Positions 10,411 through 19,592 of a stretch of DNA of 64,000 bases are shown here, in pieces. How positions within the stretch are numbered: the first letter of the stretch is position 1; every line of letters starts with the position of its first letter. The notes beneath the pieces are model-generated. The model made no database searches. It was not told where the DNA came from and saw only the letters and a list, made by a program, of their open reading frames with translations. Where the stretch lies: the NCBI GenBank assembly GCA_965228735.1, contig OZ245838.1:6048001-6112000 (forward strand). Direction: 5' to 3'. A program made the position numbers and the translations under genes. This DNA is from Planctomycetota bacterium (GTDB lineage: Bacteria > Planctomycetota > UBA1135 > UBA2386).

Positions 10411-11049
10411 CGCCCCGGCCGCTTCCGCGAGATCGTCTTCTGCCAACGACGAACTCGCGCGGCCACCGGGCTTACACGGACACGACCGTCGTGGTGGACG
10501 CGCGGGAGATGTAGCGCCCCGGCCGCTTCCGCGAGATCGTCTTCTGCCCAACGACGAACTCGCGCGGCCACCGGGCTTACACGGACACGACCGTCGTGGT
10601 GGACGCGCGGGAGATGTAGCGCCCCGGCCGCTTCCGCGAGATCGTCTTCTGCCAACGACGAACTCGCGCGGCCACCGGGCTTACACGGACACGACCGTCG
10701 TGGTGGACGCGCGGGAGATGTAGCGCCCCGGCCGCTTCCGCGAGATCGTCTTCTGCCCAACGACGAACTCGCGCGGCCACCGGGCTTACACGGACACGAC
10801 CGTCGTGGTGGACGCGCGGGAGATGTAGCGCCCCGGCCGCTTCCGCGAGATCGTCTTCTGCCCAACGACGAACTCGCGCGGCCACCGGGCTTACACGGAC
10901 ACGACCGTCGTGGTGGACGCGCGGGAGATGTAGCGCCCCGGCCGCTTCCGCGAGATCGTCTTCTGCCCAACGACGAACTCGCGCGGCCACCGGGCTTACA
11001 CGGACACGACCGTCGTGGTGGACGCGCGGGAGATGTAGCGCCCCGGCCG
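10342..11049. repeat. Tandem array: seven identical 80-bp copies of the pilin gene 3' end separated by six 24/25-bp linkers (period 104/105 bp)
   Basis: Units start at 10342, 10446, 10551, 10655, 10760, 10865 and 10970; the only variation is TGCCA vs TGCCCA in linker CTTCCGCGAGATCGTCTTCTGCC(C)A. Confidence 0.97.
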
Positions 11050-11182
11050 GGCCCGCCCAACTTGGCCCGGCCACGGGTCCGGCGGCGCCGGATGGGCGGA
11101 TCCGGGCTTGCATCCGGTCGGGCCGGGCCTACGCTGCTTCGCCCGCTTGCGGCCCAGCCCGGCCGCGCGGCCCCCGACCGCC

Positions 11183-11398
11183 ATGGATCAGAGCCTCCCG
11201 CAAGAACTGGTGAAGCAGGTTTCCGGTTCGTTCCGCCTGACGGCGCTGCTGCAGAAGCGCGTGCGTGAGCTCGTTCGCGGCCAGAAGCCGTTGTTCGAGA
11301 CCCGGGAACGCAACTACATCAAGATCGCCAGCGAAGAGCTGAAGCGGGGTCTGATCGAACTCGTCCCCGACGAAGAGCAGGCCGAGCCGACCATCTGA
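11183..11398 (+). CDS. rpoZ: DNA-directed RNA polymerase subunit omega (planctomycete type)
   Basis: 71 aa, VSGSFRLTALLQKRVRELVRGQKPL...IASEELKRGLI fits the omega family pattern. Confidence 0.8.
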   Translation: MDQSLPQELVKQVSGSFRLTALLQKRVRELVRGQKPLFETRERNYIKIASEELKRGLIELVPDEEQAEPTI

Positions 11399-11475
11399 GC
11401 CGACCATCTGAGTCGGCCGTTCGGGTCGCCCATCTGGGTTGACCGCATGTGGGCTGGCCACCTTTGGGCTGGCCG
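11384..11475. repeat. Decaying 13-15 bp tandem repeat starting at the rpoZ 3' end
   Basis: GAGCCGACCATCT x2, then GAGTCGGCCGTTC, GGGTCGCCCATCT, GGGTTGACCGCATGT, GGGCTGGCCACCTTT, GGGCTGGCCG. Confidence 0.65.
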
Positions 11476-11484
11476 TCGGAACGT

Positions 11485-13254
11485 CTACGGGGCGCGCCGA
11501 TCCTGTTCGAGCTTCGCGATGGCTTCGAGCAGTTCGTCCGGCGTCGTCGCGACGCTCTCCACGCGGCTGCCGATCGCGAGGTAGGCCGTCGGGCGGTCCC
11601 GCACCTCGAGGCCGCTGCGTTCGAGCAGCACCGGGTCGTGGTTCGGGTCGAGCGACTGCACGATGCGCGAGGGCACGTACTGGGTGAGCGCGGCGCGGCG
11701 CAGGGCCACGGCTGCCTCCGTGTCACGGTCGCCGACGATCGTCACGAAGAGCGGTTCGTAGAAGATCAGGTCGACCGCGCGACCGTAGCTCGCGACGTAG
11801 TAGCCGTACTCCCGGTAGTCGCCGGCGAACGATTCGAGCGCTGCGACCGCTTCGTCGAACAGGTCGGGGCGGCGAGCGAGATAGGAGAGCCGCACGAGCG
11901 ACTCGGCCATCTGCGCGTTGTCGAGAATCGACCGGTTGCGCCGCCGCATCGAGCCGTGCTGCTCCGGATCGTGCAGGATGTCGTAGAACCCACCCGAACT
12001 GGCCTTCTGGCGTTCGATGGCGCGTTCCGCGATCGCTTCGGCCGGCTGCAGCAGGTCCGCATCACCGGTGTTCTGCGACGCGTCGATCAGTGCGCGGATC
12101 AGGCAGGCCTGGTCCGCGAGCATGCCGGGCAGGTGATACGTGCCGTCCCAGTAGTGGTAGACCTCGCGACCGTCGTAGAGGTTGTCGAGGACGAACTGCA
12201 GCGTCGTCATCGCGTGCTCGCGCCAGTGCGGCTGATCGAGAACGGCCGCGGCCTTGAGCAGGCTCGAGACCGCGATCGCGTTGGAGTTGCAGTAGACGGT
12301 GCGGTCGACGTGGGGCGCGGCGCGGCGGCTGCGTTCCTCGCCGCTCGTCGTGAAGTAGTCCATGTCGCCGTTCTGGCTGCCGGCGAACGCGCCCGTCTGC
12401 TCGTCGCGCATCGTCGTGAGCATCCACTCGACGATGCCCTCGGCCGCGCGACGATAGGCATCCTTGTCGAACACCTGGTAGGCCTCGAGGTAGGCCCGTA
12501 GCACGAGCGCGTTCTGGTCGAGCAGCTTCTCGTAGTTGGGCGTGTGCCAGTCGGGCGTCCGCGAGAACCGGAAGAAGCCACCGTCGACGTGGTCGTGCAG
12601 CGGGCTCTCCATCATGCGATCGAGCGTCAGGATGACGACCTCCCGCATGTTGGCGTCGTCGCGCTTGCTGACCTGCACGAGCGCGAAATCGAGGGCCTCG
12701 GGGTGCGGGAACTTGCTCGTGTCGCCGAAGCCGCCGTGCACGCGGTCGAACTTCTCGTAGATCGAGCCGGCGACGTTGGCCGTCATCTCCTGGCGCAGCT
12801 TGCCCTGCTCGGGGCTCGCGTGCTCAGGGCGGCCATGTTCGGGCGCGCTCGACTCGGCGTCGGCCCGCAGCTCGGCGAGTCCCTGCTCGATCGCGCCGCG
12901 GTTGTCGCGCCACGCCGTCCGCACGCGGTCGAGCTGCGCCGTGAGCGCTTCCGTGTCGAGGAAATTGCTCTGCGTGATGAGCTCGCCGTCCGGCGTGAGC
13001 CACGCGATCGTCGGCCACGCGCCGGCGCCGTAGCGCTGATTGACATCGGGTCGGCGTTCGGCGTCGACGCGCACGGGCACGAACGCCTCGTTGATCCGAT
13101 CGATCACCTGCGGATCGGCGAAGCTCGTCGCCATGAGCGCGCGACAGTGCTGGCACCACGGGACCGTCAGCACCATGACCACCGGGCGGTCCGCTTTCGC
13201 GGCGGCCGCGAGGACCGTCGAGTCGAAGTGCTGCCACTGGATCGTGTCGCTCAT
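11485..13254 (-). CDS. Thioredoxin-domain (DUF255) / YyaL-like alpha-alpha toroid protein
   Basis: WCQHC, VRVDAERRPDVNQRY, GGFG..KFP, DGGFFRFS, YEKLLDQNA. Confidence 0.88.
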   Translation of the reverse strand: MSDTIQWQHFDSTVLAAAAKADRPVVMVLTVPWCQHCRALMATSFADPQVIDRINEAFVPVRVDAERRPDVNQRYGAGAWPTIAWLTPDGELITQSNFLDTEALTAQLDRVRTAWRDNRGAIEQGLAELRADAESSAPEHGRPEHASPEQGKLRQEMTANVAGSIYEKFDRVHGGFGDTSKFPHPEALDFALVQVSKRDDANMREVVILTLDRMMESPLHDHVDGGFFRFSRTPDWHTPNYEKLLDQNALVLRAYLEAYQVFDKDAYRRAAEGIVEWMLTTMRDEQTGAFAGSQNGDMDYFTTSGEERSRRAAPHVDRTVYCNSNAIAVSSLLKAAAVLDQPHWREHAMTTLQFVLDNLYDGREVYHYWDGTYHLPGMLADQACLIRALIDASQNTGDADLLQPAEAIAERAIERQKASSGGFYDILHDPEQHGSMRRRNRSILDNAQMAESLVRLSYLARRPDLFDEAVAALESFAGDYREYGYYVASYGRAVDLIFYEPLFVTIVGDRDTEAAVALRRAALTQYVPSRIVQSLDPNHDPVLLERSGLEVRDRPTAYLAIGSRVESVATTPDELLEAIAKLEQDRRAP

Positions 13255-13422
13255 GTCGCTCGGTGGGTCAGGGGAGCCGGCCGTCGCCGGCTGCCGTTCT
13301 ATCGTCGGCGGACGCCCTCAAACTGCAAGCCGACTCGGAAACGTCGTCGTGTCGGAGCCGCCCACGCCATCGCGGGTTCGGCCCCCGTTCGGTCCGGCGG
13401 GGCGGCCTCGACGCCGGGGGCT

Positions 13423-14088
13423 TCAGTTCGGGGCGCCGTCGGGCCCGTCACTGCCCGGGTCGTCACCGCCCGGGTCGTGACCGTCCGGCGCGCTGCCATC
13501 CGGTGCGCTGCCATCTGGCAGGAACGCGCCGAAACCATCCAGCGTCGGCTGGCGGATCTCGTTGCCGTCCGCCGCGTCCTTTTCGGTCGGCGTGGCGCTC
13601 GGCTCGAACGGCACGCGCGGCACGTCGGCCCACAGCGTCTCGAGGCCGTAGTACGACCGGGCCTCGGGCTGGAACAGGTGCACGACGACTTCGTCGAAGT
13701 CGAGCAGCAGCCAGTTCGACACGTCGCCGTCGAGGCCACTCGCGTGCCGCCGGCGGCGGCCGCGCATGGCCTTGCTCGCGGCGTCGAGTTCGCGCGCGAG
13801 AGACTGCGCCTGGCGCGTGCTCTGCACCGTCGCGATCACGAAGTAGTCGGCGATGACGAGCGGGCCCGACACGTCGAGGATCGCGATGTCGCGGGCCTGC
13901 TTCTCGTCTAGTGCCTCGGCGATCTTCAACGCGAGTTCGGTCGCAGCCGGATCGGGCGTCGCGGCGGTCGGCGTGTCGGTGGCGGTCCCGTCGGACTTCG
14001 TGCGCGGCGTCGTGATCGGGTCGGAACTACGGTCGGATGCGGGTGTGCTCAAAGCGATGGTGGTGGGTTCGCGCTCATCAGCGCCCAT
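13423..14088 (-). CDS. rsfS: Ribosome silencing factor RsfS (Iojap) with low-complexity extensions
   Basis: DEKQARDIAILDV..IADYFVIAT, WLLLDFDEVVVHLF, RSYYGLETLWAD; start uncertain. Confidence 0.9.
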   Translation of the reverse strand: MGADEREPTTIALSTPASDRSSDPITTPRTKSDGTATDTPTAATPDPAATELALKIAEALDEKQARDIAILDVSGPLVIADYFVIATVQSTRQAQSLARELDAASKAMRGRRRRHASGLDGDVSNWLLLDFDEVVVHLFQPEARSYYGLETLWADVPRVPFEPSATPTEKDAADGNEIRQPTLDGFGAFLPDGSAPDGSAPDGHDPGGDDPGSDGPDGAPN

Positions 14089-14373
14089 TGCAAGGATAGC
14101 AGCCTCATGCCGCTTGATAAGCCCCTGGTCCCCGGGCGTACCAGGGAAACTCGCGGTCGTGGGGCAGCAATTCGGGCATCTGCGCTTTCATCGTCCCTTG
14201 ACCGCCGCGGGCTGGGGGATTTCACCGACCCGTGCCTTCCCATGGGGGACTCGAGGGGCGCCGTGGGGCGTCCCGGCTGGCGCGGGAGCCGGCCGAGCGC
14301 GCCGGCCCGGTCCTCGCATGGCCGGTCCCGAATGGCCGGCCCCGTTCCGCGGCGGGTCGGCGCCCCAGATCGG

Positions 14374-14458
14374 CCAGCTCCGGAACGGGCCAGCTCCGGA
14401 ACGGGCCAGCTCCGGAACGGGCCAGCTCCGGAACGGGCCAACTCCGGAACGGGCCAGC
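14374..14458. repeat. 16-bp tandem repeat CCAGCTCCGGAACGGG, five copies plus a partial, just downstream of hppA
   Basis: Four exact copies and one with a single mismatch (CCAACT...); nearby CCCGTTCCG (14341-14349) is the reverse complement of part of the unit. Confidence 0.95.
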
Positions 14459-14469
14459 GCCGAGACAGG

Positions 14470-16566
14470 TCAGTTCCGGAAGAGGGGTAGCGCGATCAGC
14501 GCCGCGATCGTCATGAGCTTCATGAGGATGTTGATCGACGGGCCGGCCGTGTCCTTGAACGGATCGCCGACCGTGTCACCCGTGACTGCGGCCTTGTGCG
14601 TATCGCTGCCCTTGCCGCCGAGCGCACCCGACTCGATGTACTTCTTCGCGTTGTCCCACGCGCCGCCGGCGTTGGCCATGAACAGCGCCATCATGACGCC
14701 GGCCGCCGTCGCGCCGGCGAGCAGGCCGCCGACGGCCGCCTTGCCGAAGATCATCCCCATCGCGATCGGGGCGAGTACCGCGAGCAGACCCGGCACGACC
14801 ATCTCGCGCAGCGCACCCTTCGTCGAGATGTCGACGCAGCGCTCGTAGTCGGGCTTGCCCGTGCCTTCCATGATGCCCGGGATCTCGCGGAACTGACGCC
14901 GCACCTCCTCGACCATCGCGTTGGCGGCCTTGCCGACCGCCTTCATCGCCATCGAGGAGAACACGAACGGCAGCATCGCGCCGATCAGGAGACCCATGAC
15001 GACGTTGGCGTCCTCGAGGCCGAGCGACGTGTTGGCCGCGACCTTGTAAGCCGAGAACAGCGCGAGCGCGGTGAGCGCCGCCGAGCCGATCGCGAAGCCC
15101 TTGCCGATCGCGGCGGTCGTGTTGCCGGTCGCGTCGAGCGAGTCGGTGCGCTGGCGCACCGACGGGTCCTGGCCGGACATCTCGGCGATGCCGCCCGCGT
15201 TGTCGGCGACCGGGCCGTAGGCGTCGACGCCGAGCGAGATGCCGAGCGTGCTCAGCATGCCGACGGCCGCGACGCAGATGCCATACATGCCGCAGAGGTG
15301 GTTGCAGAAGTAGATCGCGAGCGCGAGCAGAATCGTCGGGATCCAGGTCGACGCCATGCCGGTCGCGAGGCCGTGGATGATGTTGGTCGCGGCGCCGGTC
15401 TTGCTCTGCTCGGCGATCATCTGGGCCGGGGCCATCTTCTCCGAGGTGTAGTACTCGGTGACCTTGCCGATGATGACGCCGGTCGCGAGGCCGATGACGA
15501 CCGCGAAGAACACGTTCCAGTGCGAGTGCGTCTCGGTGCCGCCAGCGGCGACGGCCGGGCTCGGCTGCATGATCGCGGTGATCACCGCGGCGCCGATGAC
15601 GAGCAGCACGGATGCGGCGATCAGGCCGCTGAACAGCGCGGCCGACAGCTTGCTCTCGTCGTCCGCCTTGACGCGGAACGTGCCGAGGAAGCTCGCGACG
15701 ATGCCGACCGCGGCCAGCACGACCGGGAAGAGCATGAGGCTCGCGCGTGCCGTGTTCTGGGCATCGACATCGTCACCGAACGCGCCGATCGCCGGCACGA
15801 GCGAGAAGCCGATGATCGCGGTCGAGATGATCGCGCCGCAGAAGCTCTCGAACAGGTCGGCGCCCATGCCCGCGACGTCACCGACGTTGTCGCCGACGTT
15901 GTCCGCGATCGTGGCCGGGTTGCGCGGGTCGTCCTCGGGGATGCCGGCTTCGATCTTGCCGACGAGGTCGCCGCCGACGTCCGCCGCCTTGGTGTAGATG
16001 CCGCCGCCGACACGCGCGAACAGCGCGATCGAGCTCGCGCCGAAGCTGAAGCCCAGCACGTAGTTGACGAAGTTGGTCTCGCCGCCGTCCTGACGGAAGA
16101 GCAGCATCAGCAGCGCGATGCCGCCCAGGCCCATGCCGACGACGACCATCCCCATGACCGTGCCCGACTTGAACGCGACGTCGAGCGCCGCGCCGAGGCT
16201 GGTCTTGGCCGCCTGCGTCGTGCGCACCGCGGAGCGGGTCGCGCAGTGCATGCCGAAGTAGCCGGCCGTGCCCGAGGCGAGCGCACCGAGCAGGAACGCG
16301 ACGCCCGTGCGCCAACCGAGGTACTGACTCTTCTCCGGGTTGTCCGGGCCGAAGCAGATGCCGAAGAAGACGACGACGACGAACAGCGCCAGCCACTTGT
16401 ATTCGGCGTGGAGGAACGCGCGGCCGCCGGCCTGCACGGCGCGGGCGATCTCCTGCATCTTCTCGTCGCCCCCGTCCTTCTGCATGATCTGCTTGAACAG
16501 GTTGAACGCGTAGACGATCGCCGCCGCGGCAATGATCAGGGAGAGAATCGAATAGAACGAATACAT
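14470..16566 (-). CDS. hppA: Membrane-integral pyrophosphatase, K+-dependent, probably Na+-translocating
   Basis: DVGGDLVGKIE, DNVGDNVGD, ADLFES, GNTTAA (Ala marks K+ dependence), GDPFKDT, ILMK. Confidence 0.95.
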   Translation of the reverse strand: MYSFYSILSLIIAAAAIVYAFNLFKQIMQKDGGDEKMQEIARAVQAGGRAFLHAEYKWLALFVVVVFFGICFGPDNPEKSQYLGWRTGVAFLLGALASGTAGYFGMHCATRSAVRTTQAAKTSLGAALDVAFKSGTVMGMVVVGMGLGGIALLMLLFRQDGGETNFVNYVLGFSFGASSIALFARVGGGIYTKAADVGGDLVGKIEAGIPEDDPRNPATIADNVGDNVGDVAGMGADLFESFCGAIISTAIIGFSLVPAIGAFGDDVDAQNTARASLMLFPVVLAAVGIVASFLGTFRVKADDESKLSAALFSGLIAASVLLVIGAAVITAIMQPSPAVAAGGTETHSHWNVFFAVVIGLATGVIIGKVTEYYTSEKMAPAQMIAEQSKTGAATNIIHGLATGMASTWIPTILLALAIYFCNHLCGMYGICVAAVGMLSTLGISLGVDAYGPVADNAGGIAEMSGQDPSVRQRTDSLDATGNTTAAIGKGFAIGSAALTALALFSAYKVAANTSLGLEDANVVMGLLIGAMLPFVFSSMAMKAVGKAANAMVEEVRRQFREIPGIMEGTGKPDYERCVDISTKGALREMVVPGLLAVLAPIAMGMIFGKAAVGGLLAGATAAGVMMALFMANAGGAWDNAKKYIESGALGGKGSDTHKAAVTGDTVGDPFKDTAGPSINILMKLMTIAALIALPLFRN

Positions 16567-16716
16567 GGAGACGCGAGTGGGCCGTGGATCCGGGAGGATC
16601 GGGCCGGGGGATTGGGGATCCCGACGAGGATCCGGAGCAGAGTTGGAGTTCCGGCGGAAAAGTGGGGCGGCACCTTAGCCGGGCAGGCCGGTCAGGGGCA
16701 AGCGATTGCCCGCCCC

Positions 16717-17652
16717 TCAACCCGCGTTGTCCGCATCGGTGCCTGACGGCGGCGGTGCGGGAGCGCGATCGCGACCACGGACCTCCTCCGAGGCGCCCGT
16801 ATCGTCCGCGCGAGGCGTGGAATTGCGTTCCGGTGCCGGGTTTTCGTCCGTTGCCGGTGATTCGTTCGCACCGGACTCGGCCGCGGCCCGATCGTCGGGG
16901 GAGCGGTCGTCGGGGGAGCGGTCGTCGGGGGGGCCGTCGTCGGCGATCGCGTCGGCGGCTGCCGGCTCGTCGGGCGCTGCCAGCGGCGGCGATTGACCCG
17001 CGATCGGACGGCTTGGCTCCACGAACGCCTCGCCGACGTCGCGGCGGGCCGCCCGTCGCCGGCGCCGCCGCCACCACCAGAACCACAGCGCGAGCACGAC
17101 ACCGCCGCCGATGGCGGTCCAGAGGATGCCGCGTTCGACCTGCTGCACGTCCTCGATCAGCTGGTCGATGTACTCCTGGCTCGCGTAGGCCAGCCAGGTG
17201 AGCAGCGGAACGATGAGCAGGATGCCGATGCCGTCGTAGAGCAAGAATCGCCGCCACGGCATCTTCATCGCGCCAGCGGTGAAGAACGCCACCATGCGCA
17301 GGCCGGCGATGAAGCGCGCGATCAGGATCACCCAGTCCCCGCGCCGCCGGAACCACAGGTCGAACGTGGCGAGGCGCCGCTTCGTCACGAAGATCCGCAT
17401 CCAGCGCAGGCGCAGCAGGCGGGGCCCGAACACCCGTCCCAGCAGGAACGGCAGGATGTCGCCGGCTGTGATCGCGCCGCCGCACCAGACCATCATGACC
17501 CAGAGGTTGAGATCGAGCTTGGCGCAGACGTAGCCAGCCGCGAGCAGGACCAGCTCCTCGGGCAGCGGCAGCCCCATGCCGCAGAGTAGAAATACCGCCG
17601 CCACCCCGAGATAGGGGTAGGCCTCGAGCCAAAGGACGATCTGGTCGAACAT
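16717..17652 (-). CDS. DedA family membrane protein with acidic repetitive tail
   Basis: GMGLPLPEELVLL, GDILPF.LGR, ARFIAGLR. Confidence 0.9.
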   Translation of the reverse strand: MFDQIVLWLEAYPYLGVAAVFLLCGMGLPLPEELVLLAAGYVCAKLDLNLWVMMVWCGGAITAGDILPFLLGRVFGPRLLRLRWMRIFVTKRRLATFDLWFRRRGDWVILIARFIAGLRMVAFFTAGAMKMPWRRFLLYDGIGILLIVPLLTWLAYASQEYIDQLIEDVQQVERGILWTAIGGGVVLALWFWWWRRRRRRAARRDVGEAFVEPSRPIAGQSPPLAAPDEPAAADAIADDGPPDDRSPDDRSPDDRAAAESGANESPATDENPAPERNSTPRADDTGASEEVRGRDRAPAPPPSGTDADNAG

Positions 17653-17682
17653 CGACGGGGTCGGGGGACCGGCTGGGGGGGG

Positions 17683-18471
17683 CTACCGCAGGTAGGGCTG
17701 CAGGTGGTTCAGGCGTGGATCGGCGCGCACGTCGTCGAGGTTGACATGTTCGCCGCGAAGATGTCGCAAGACCTTACGAAGTAGGTCGGCCCATTCCTCG
17801 GCCTTGGTGCGATCGAGGCTCGTTCGAGCGCGGCCGACGGCCCATTCGATCACCTCGATCGCGCGCTGCCGGTCGCCCCAGCGGAGGAAGCTCGCTGCGC
17901 GTTCCAGGGCCGTGTGGAACCGCTTCTCGCGCAGGATCCGGCTGTCGGTGAGCTGCTCGGCGATCGCGAGGTAGCGGTCACCGAGCGCGACGGCGCCGAG
18001 CCCGGTGCGTTTGCGGAGGAGCGCCTCGAGGCCGGGGAACCGGCGCGCCATGATCTCGGGCAACATCGCCATGCCCTCCAGCAGTTCGACCTCGCGGCGA
18101 CCGGCGGAGCGGCGGGCGGATTCGAGCCAGGCGAGCGCGACCTGCAGGCGGTCCGCGGCCGCCGCGGCCGCATCCGCATCGGCGCTGGCGCGAGCCAGCC
18201 CGCCGTCGGTCGCGAAGCGGTAGGCGAACACGGTCTGGGCGTCGGTCCAGCTCGGCACGAGTTCGAGGAGCTGCTGGCTGCGGGCAAAGGCCTCGGCGCC
18301 GTCGCCGGACGCGACGGCGAGATCGAGGTCGCGCCAGAGGAACGGCAGGACCGCGGGGCGGACCAGCCAGCGCGCGGTCTCCGCTGCGGCGGCGGGTCGG
18401 GGTGGCTGCAGCCAGAAAGCGGTGCCGAGGCACAACACGCCGGCTGCGCCGAGTGCGAGTGCGCGCTTCAT
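17683..18471 (-). CDS. Hypothetical exported helical (TPR-like) protein, last gene of an ABC operon
   Basis: MKRALALGAAGVLCLG N-terminus inside the 17683..19749 ORF; overlaps the upstream stop codon. Confidence 0.65.
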   Translation of the reverse strand: MKRALALGAAGVLCLGTAFWLQPPRPAAAAETARWLVRPAVLPFLWRDLDLAVASGDGAEAFARSQQLLELVPSWTDAQTVFAYRFATDGGLARASADADAAAAAADRLQVALAWLESARRSAGRREVELLEGMAMLPEIMARRFPGLEALLRKRTGLGAVALGDRYLAIAEQLTDSRILREKRFHTALERAASFLRWGDRQRAIEVIEWAVGRARTSLDRTKAEEWADLLRKVLRHLRGEHVNLDDVRADPRLNHLQPYLR

Positions 18472-19592
18472 CGCGCGAGCCTCCAGCGCACCGCGACCGC
18501 CGCGGCGAGCCCGCCGAAGCCCGCGAGTGCGGTGGTTGCAGTCGTCGCGAACGCGGGGCTCGTCGGCAACCAGTAGCCGCGGAGCAGCGCGAGCAGCGTC
18601 GCGTGCCCGGGGCCGATGCCGGCGACCGACAGGATGAAGAGCAGTGCGAACGCCACGGTCAGGACCGTCGGGCGGGCGGCGGCGGCGCCCGCGAGGTTGG
18701 CGAACGCGAGCACGGTGAGCGCCGGCAACAACCAGAGCAACGCCGCCAGGGCGCCGTTCAGCAGGCCGCTGCGCGGCGTCGCTTCGATGCCGAGCACCGC
18801 GCCCGGTGGAAAGAACAGCGGAACGTTGCCGGACTCGAGCAGCAGCTCGATGCGCGTGATGGTCCGCGGCTCGAAGTCGATACGCGCGAACTGGCCGGTC
18901 TGGTCGAACACCGCGGTCGCCGACGAAGCGGTGGGCGACGTGGAGGTCAGCGGTTCGTTGCCAGCGCGCACGACGACGCGGCTCGGGGCGAGCGTTGCGC
19001 CCGGCGGCCCGGCGAGCGGTCGCAGCTCGATCGCCGCGAGCGAACGCTTCTCGGCGCCCGGCAACTCGAACGGCAACGCCTGCTGGCCCGGCGCGAGCAG
19101 CACCGGGGCGTCGGTCGCCGGGGTCAGGGTCAAGCGTGCCGTGATCGCAGCCGGAGCGCCGAGCAGTCGCGGCAGGATCATCGTGAGCGGCATCGTGAGC
19201 ACGAGCTGGGCGAGCAGCGCGCCCGCGATCGCGCCGCCGCTGCCGCGCAGCGGTCCGCGCTGCAGCCGTCGGATCCAGTCGGCGCCCTCCGCGCCGGAAC
19301 CGGCCGCGCCGGAACTGGCCGCGCCGGAGCCGCTCGCGCCGGGCGCGCCCGCGCAGAACGTCGGCCAGGCGGTGATTGCCGTCGCGGTGCACATCGCGAC
19401 GGCGACGACGAGCGGCAGCAGGAGCCACGACGTCAACGCTCCCGGCGCGGTCGCGCCGGTCGTGAGGACGGGTGCGACCGAGGTCGCACCGAGCCACGCG
19501 ACGATCGCCGTGCCGAGCGTCGGCAGTGCCGCGCGGCGCAGGCCGAGCGCGAACGTGATCGCGACGGCGGAACGGGTCGGGAGGACGCTCAC
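18468..19592 (-). CDS. Multi-pass membrane protein, probable ABC-2-like permease with inserted extracytoplasmic domain
   Basis: Several hydrophobic segments flanking a beta-rich segment; translationally coupled to an ABC ATPase. Confidence 0.6.
   Translation of the reverse strand: MSVLPTRSAVAITFALGLRRAALPTLGTAIVAWLGATSVAPVLTTGATAPGALTSWLLLPLVVAVAMCTATAITAWPTFCAGAPGASGSGAASSGAAGSGAEGADWIRRLQRGPLRGSGGAIAGALLAQLVLTMPLTMILPRLLGAPAAITARLTLTPATDAPVLLAPGQQALPFELPGAEKRSLAAIELRPLAGPPGATLAPSRVVVRAGNEPLTSTSPTASSATAVFDQTGQFARIDFEPRTITRIELLLESGNVPLFFPPGAVLGIEATPRSGLLNGALAALLWLLPALTVLAFANLAGAAAARPTVLTVAFALLFILSVAGIGPGHATLLALLRGYWLPTSPAFATTATTALAGFGGLAAAVAVRWRLAR

Noticed and set aside
10342..11049. CRISPR array or DGR template-repeat interpretation of the tandem array
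   Set aside because: The linkers are identical rather than unique spacers, there is no adenine-specific variation, and no cas or reverse transcriptase gene is in the window.
10368..11113. Repeat-encoded minus-strand ORFs (230 aa and 178 aa)
   Set aside because: They are by-products of the array, with no convincing start or RBS.
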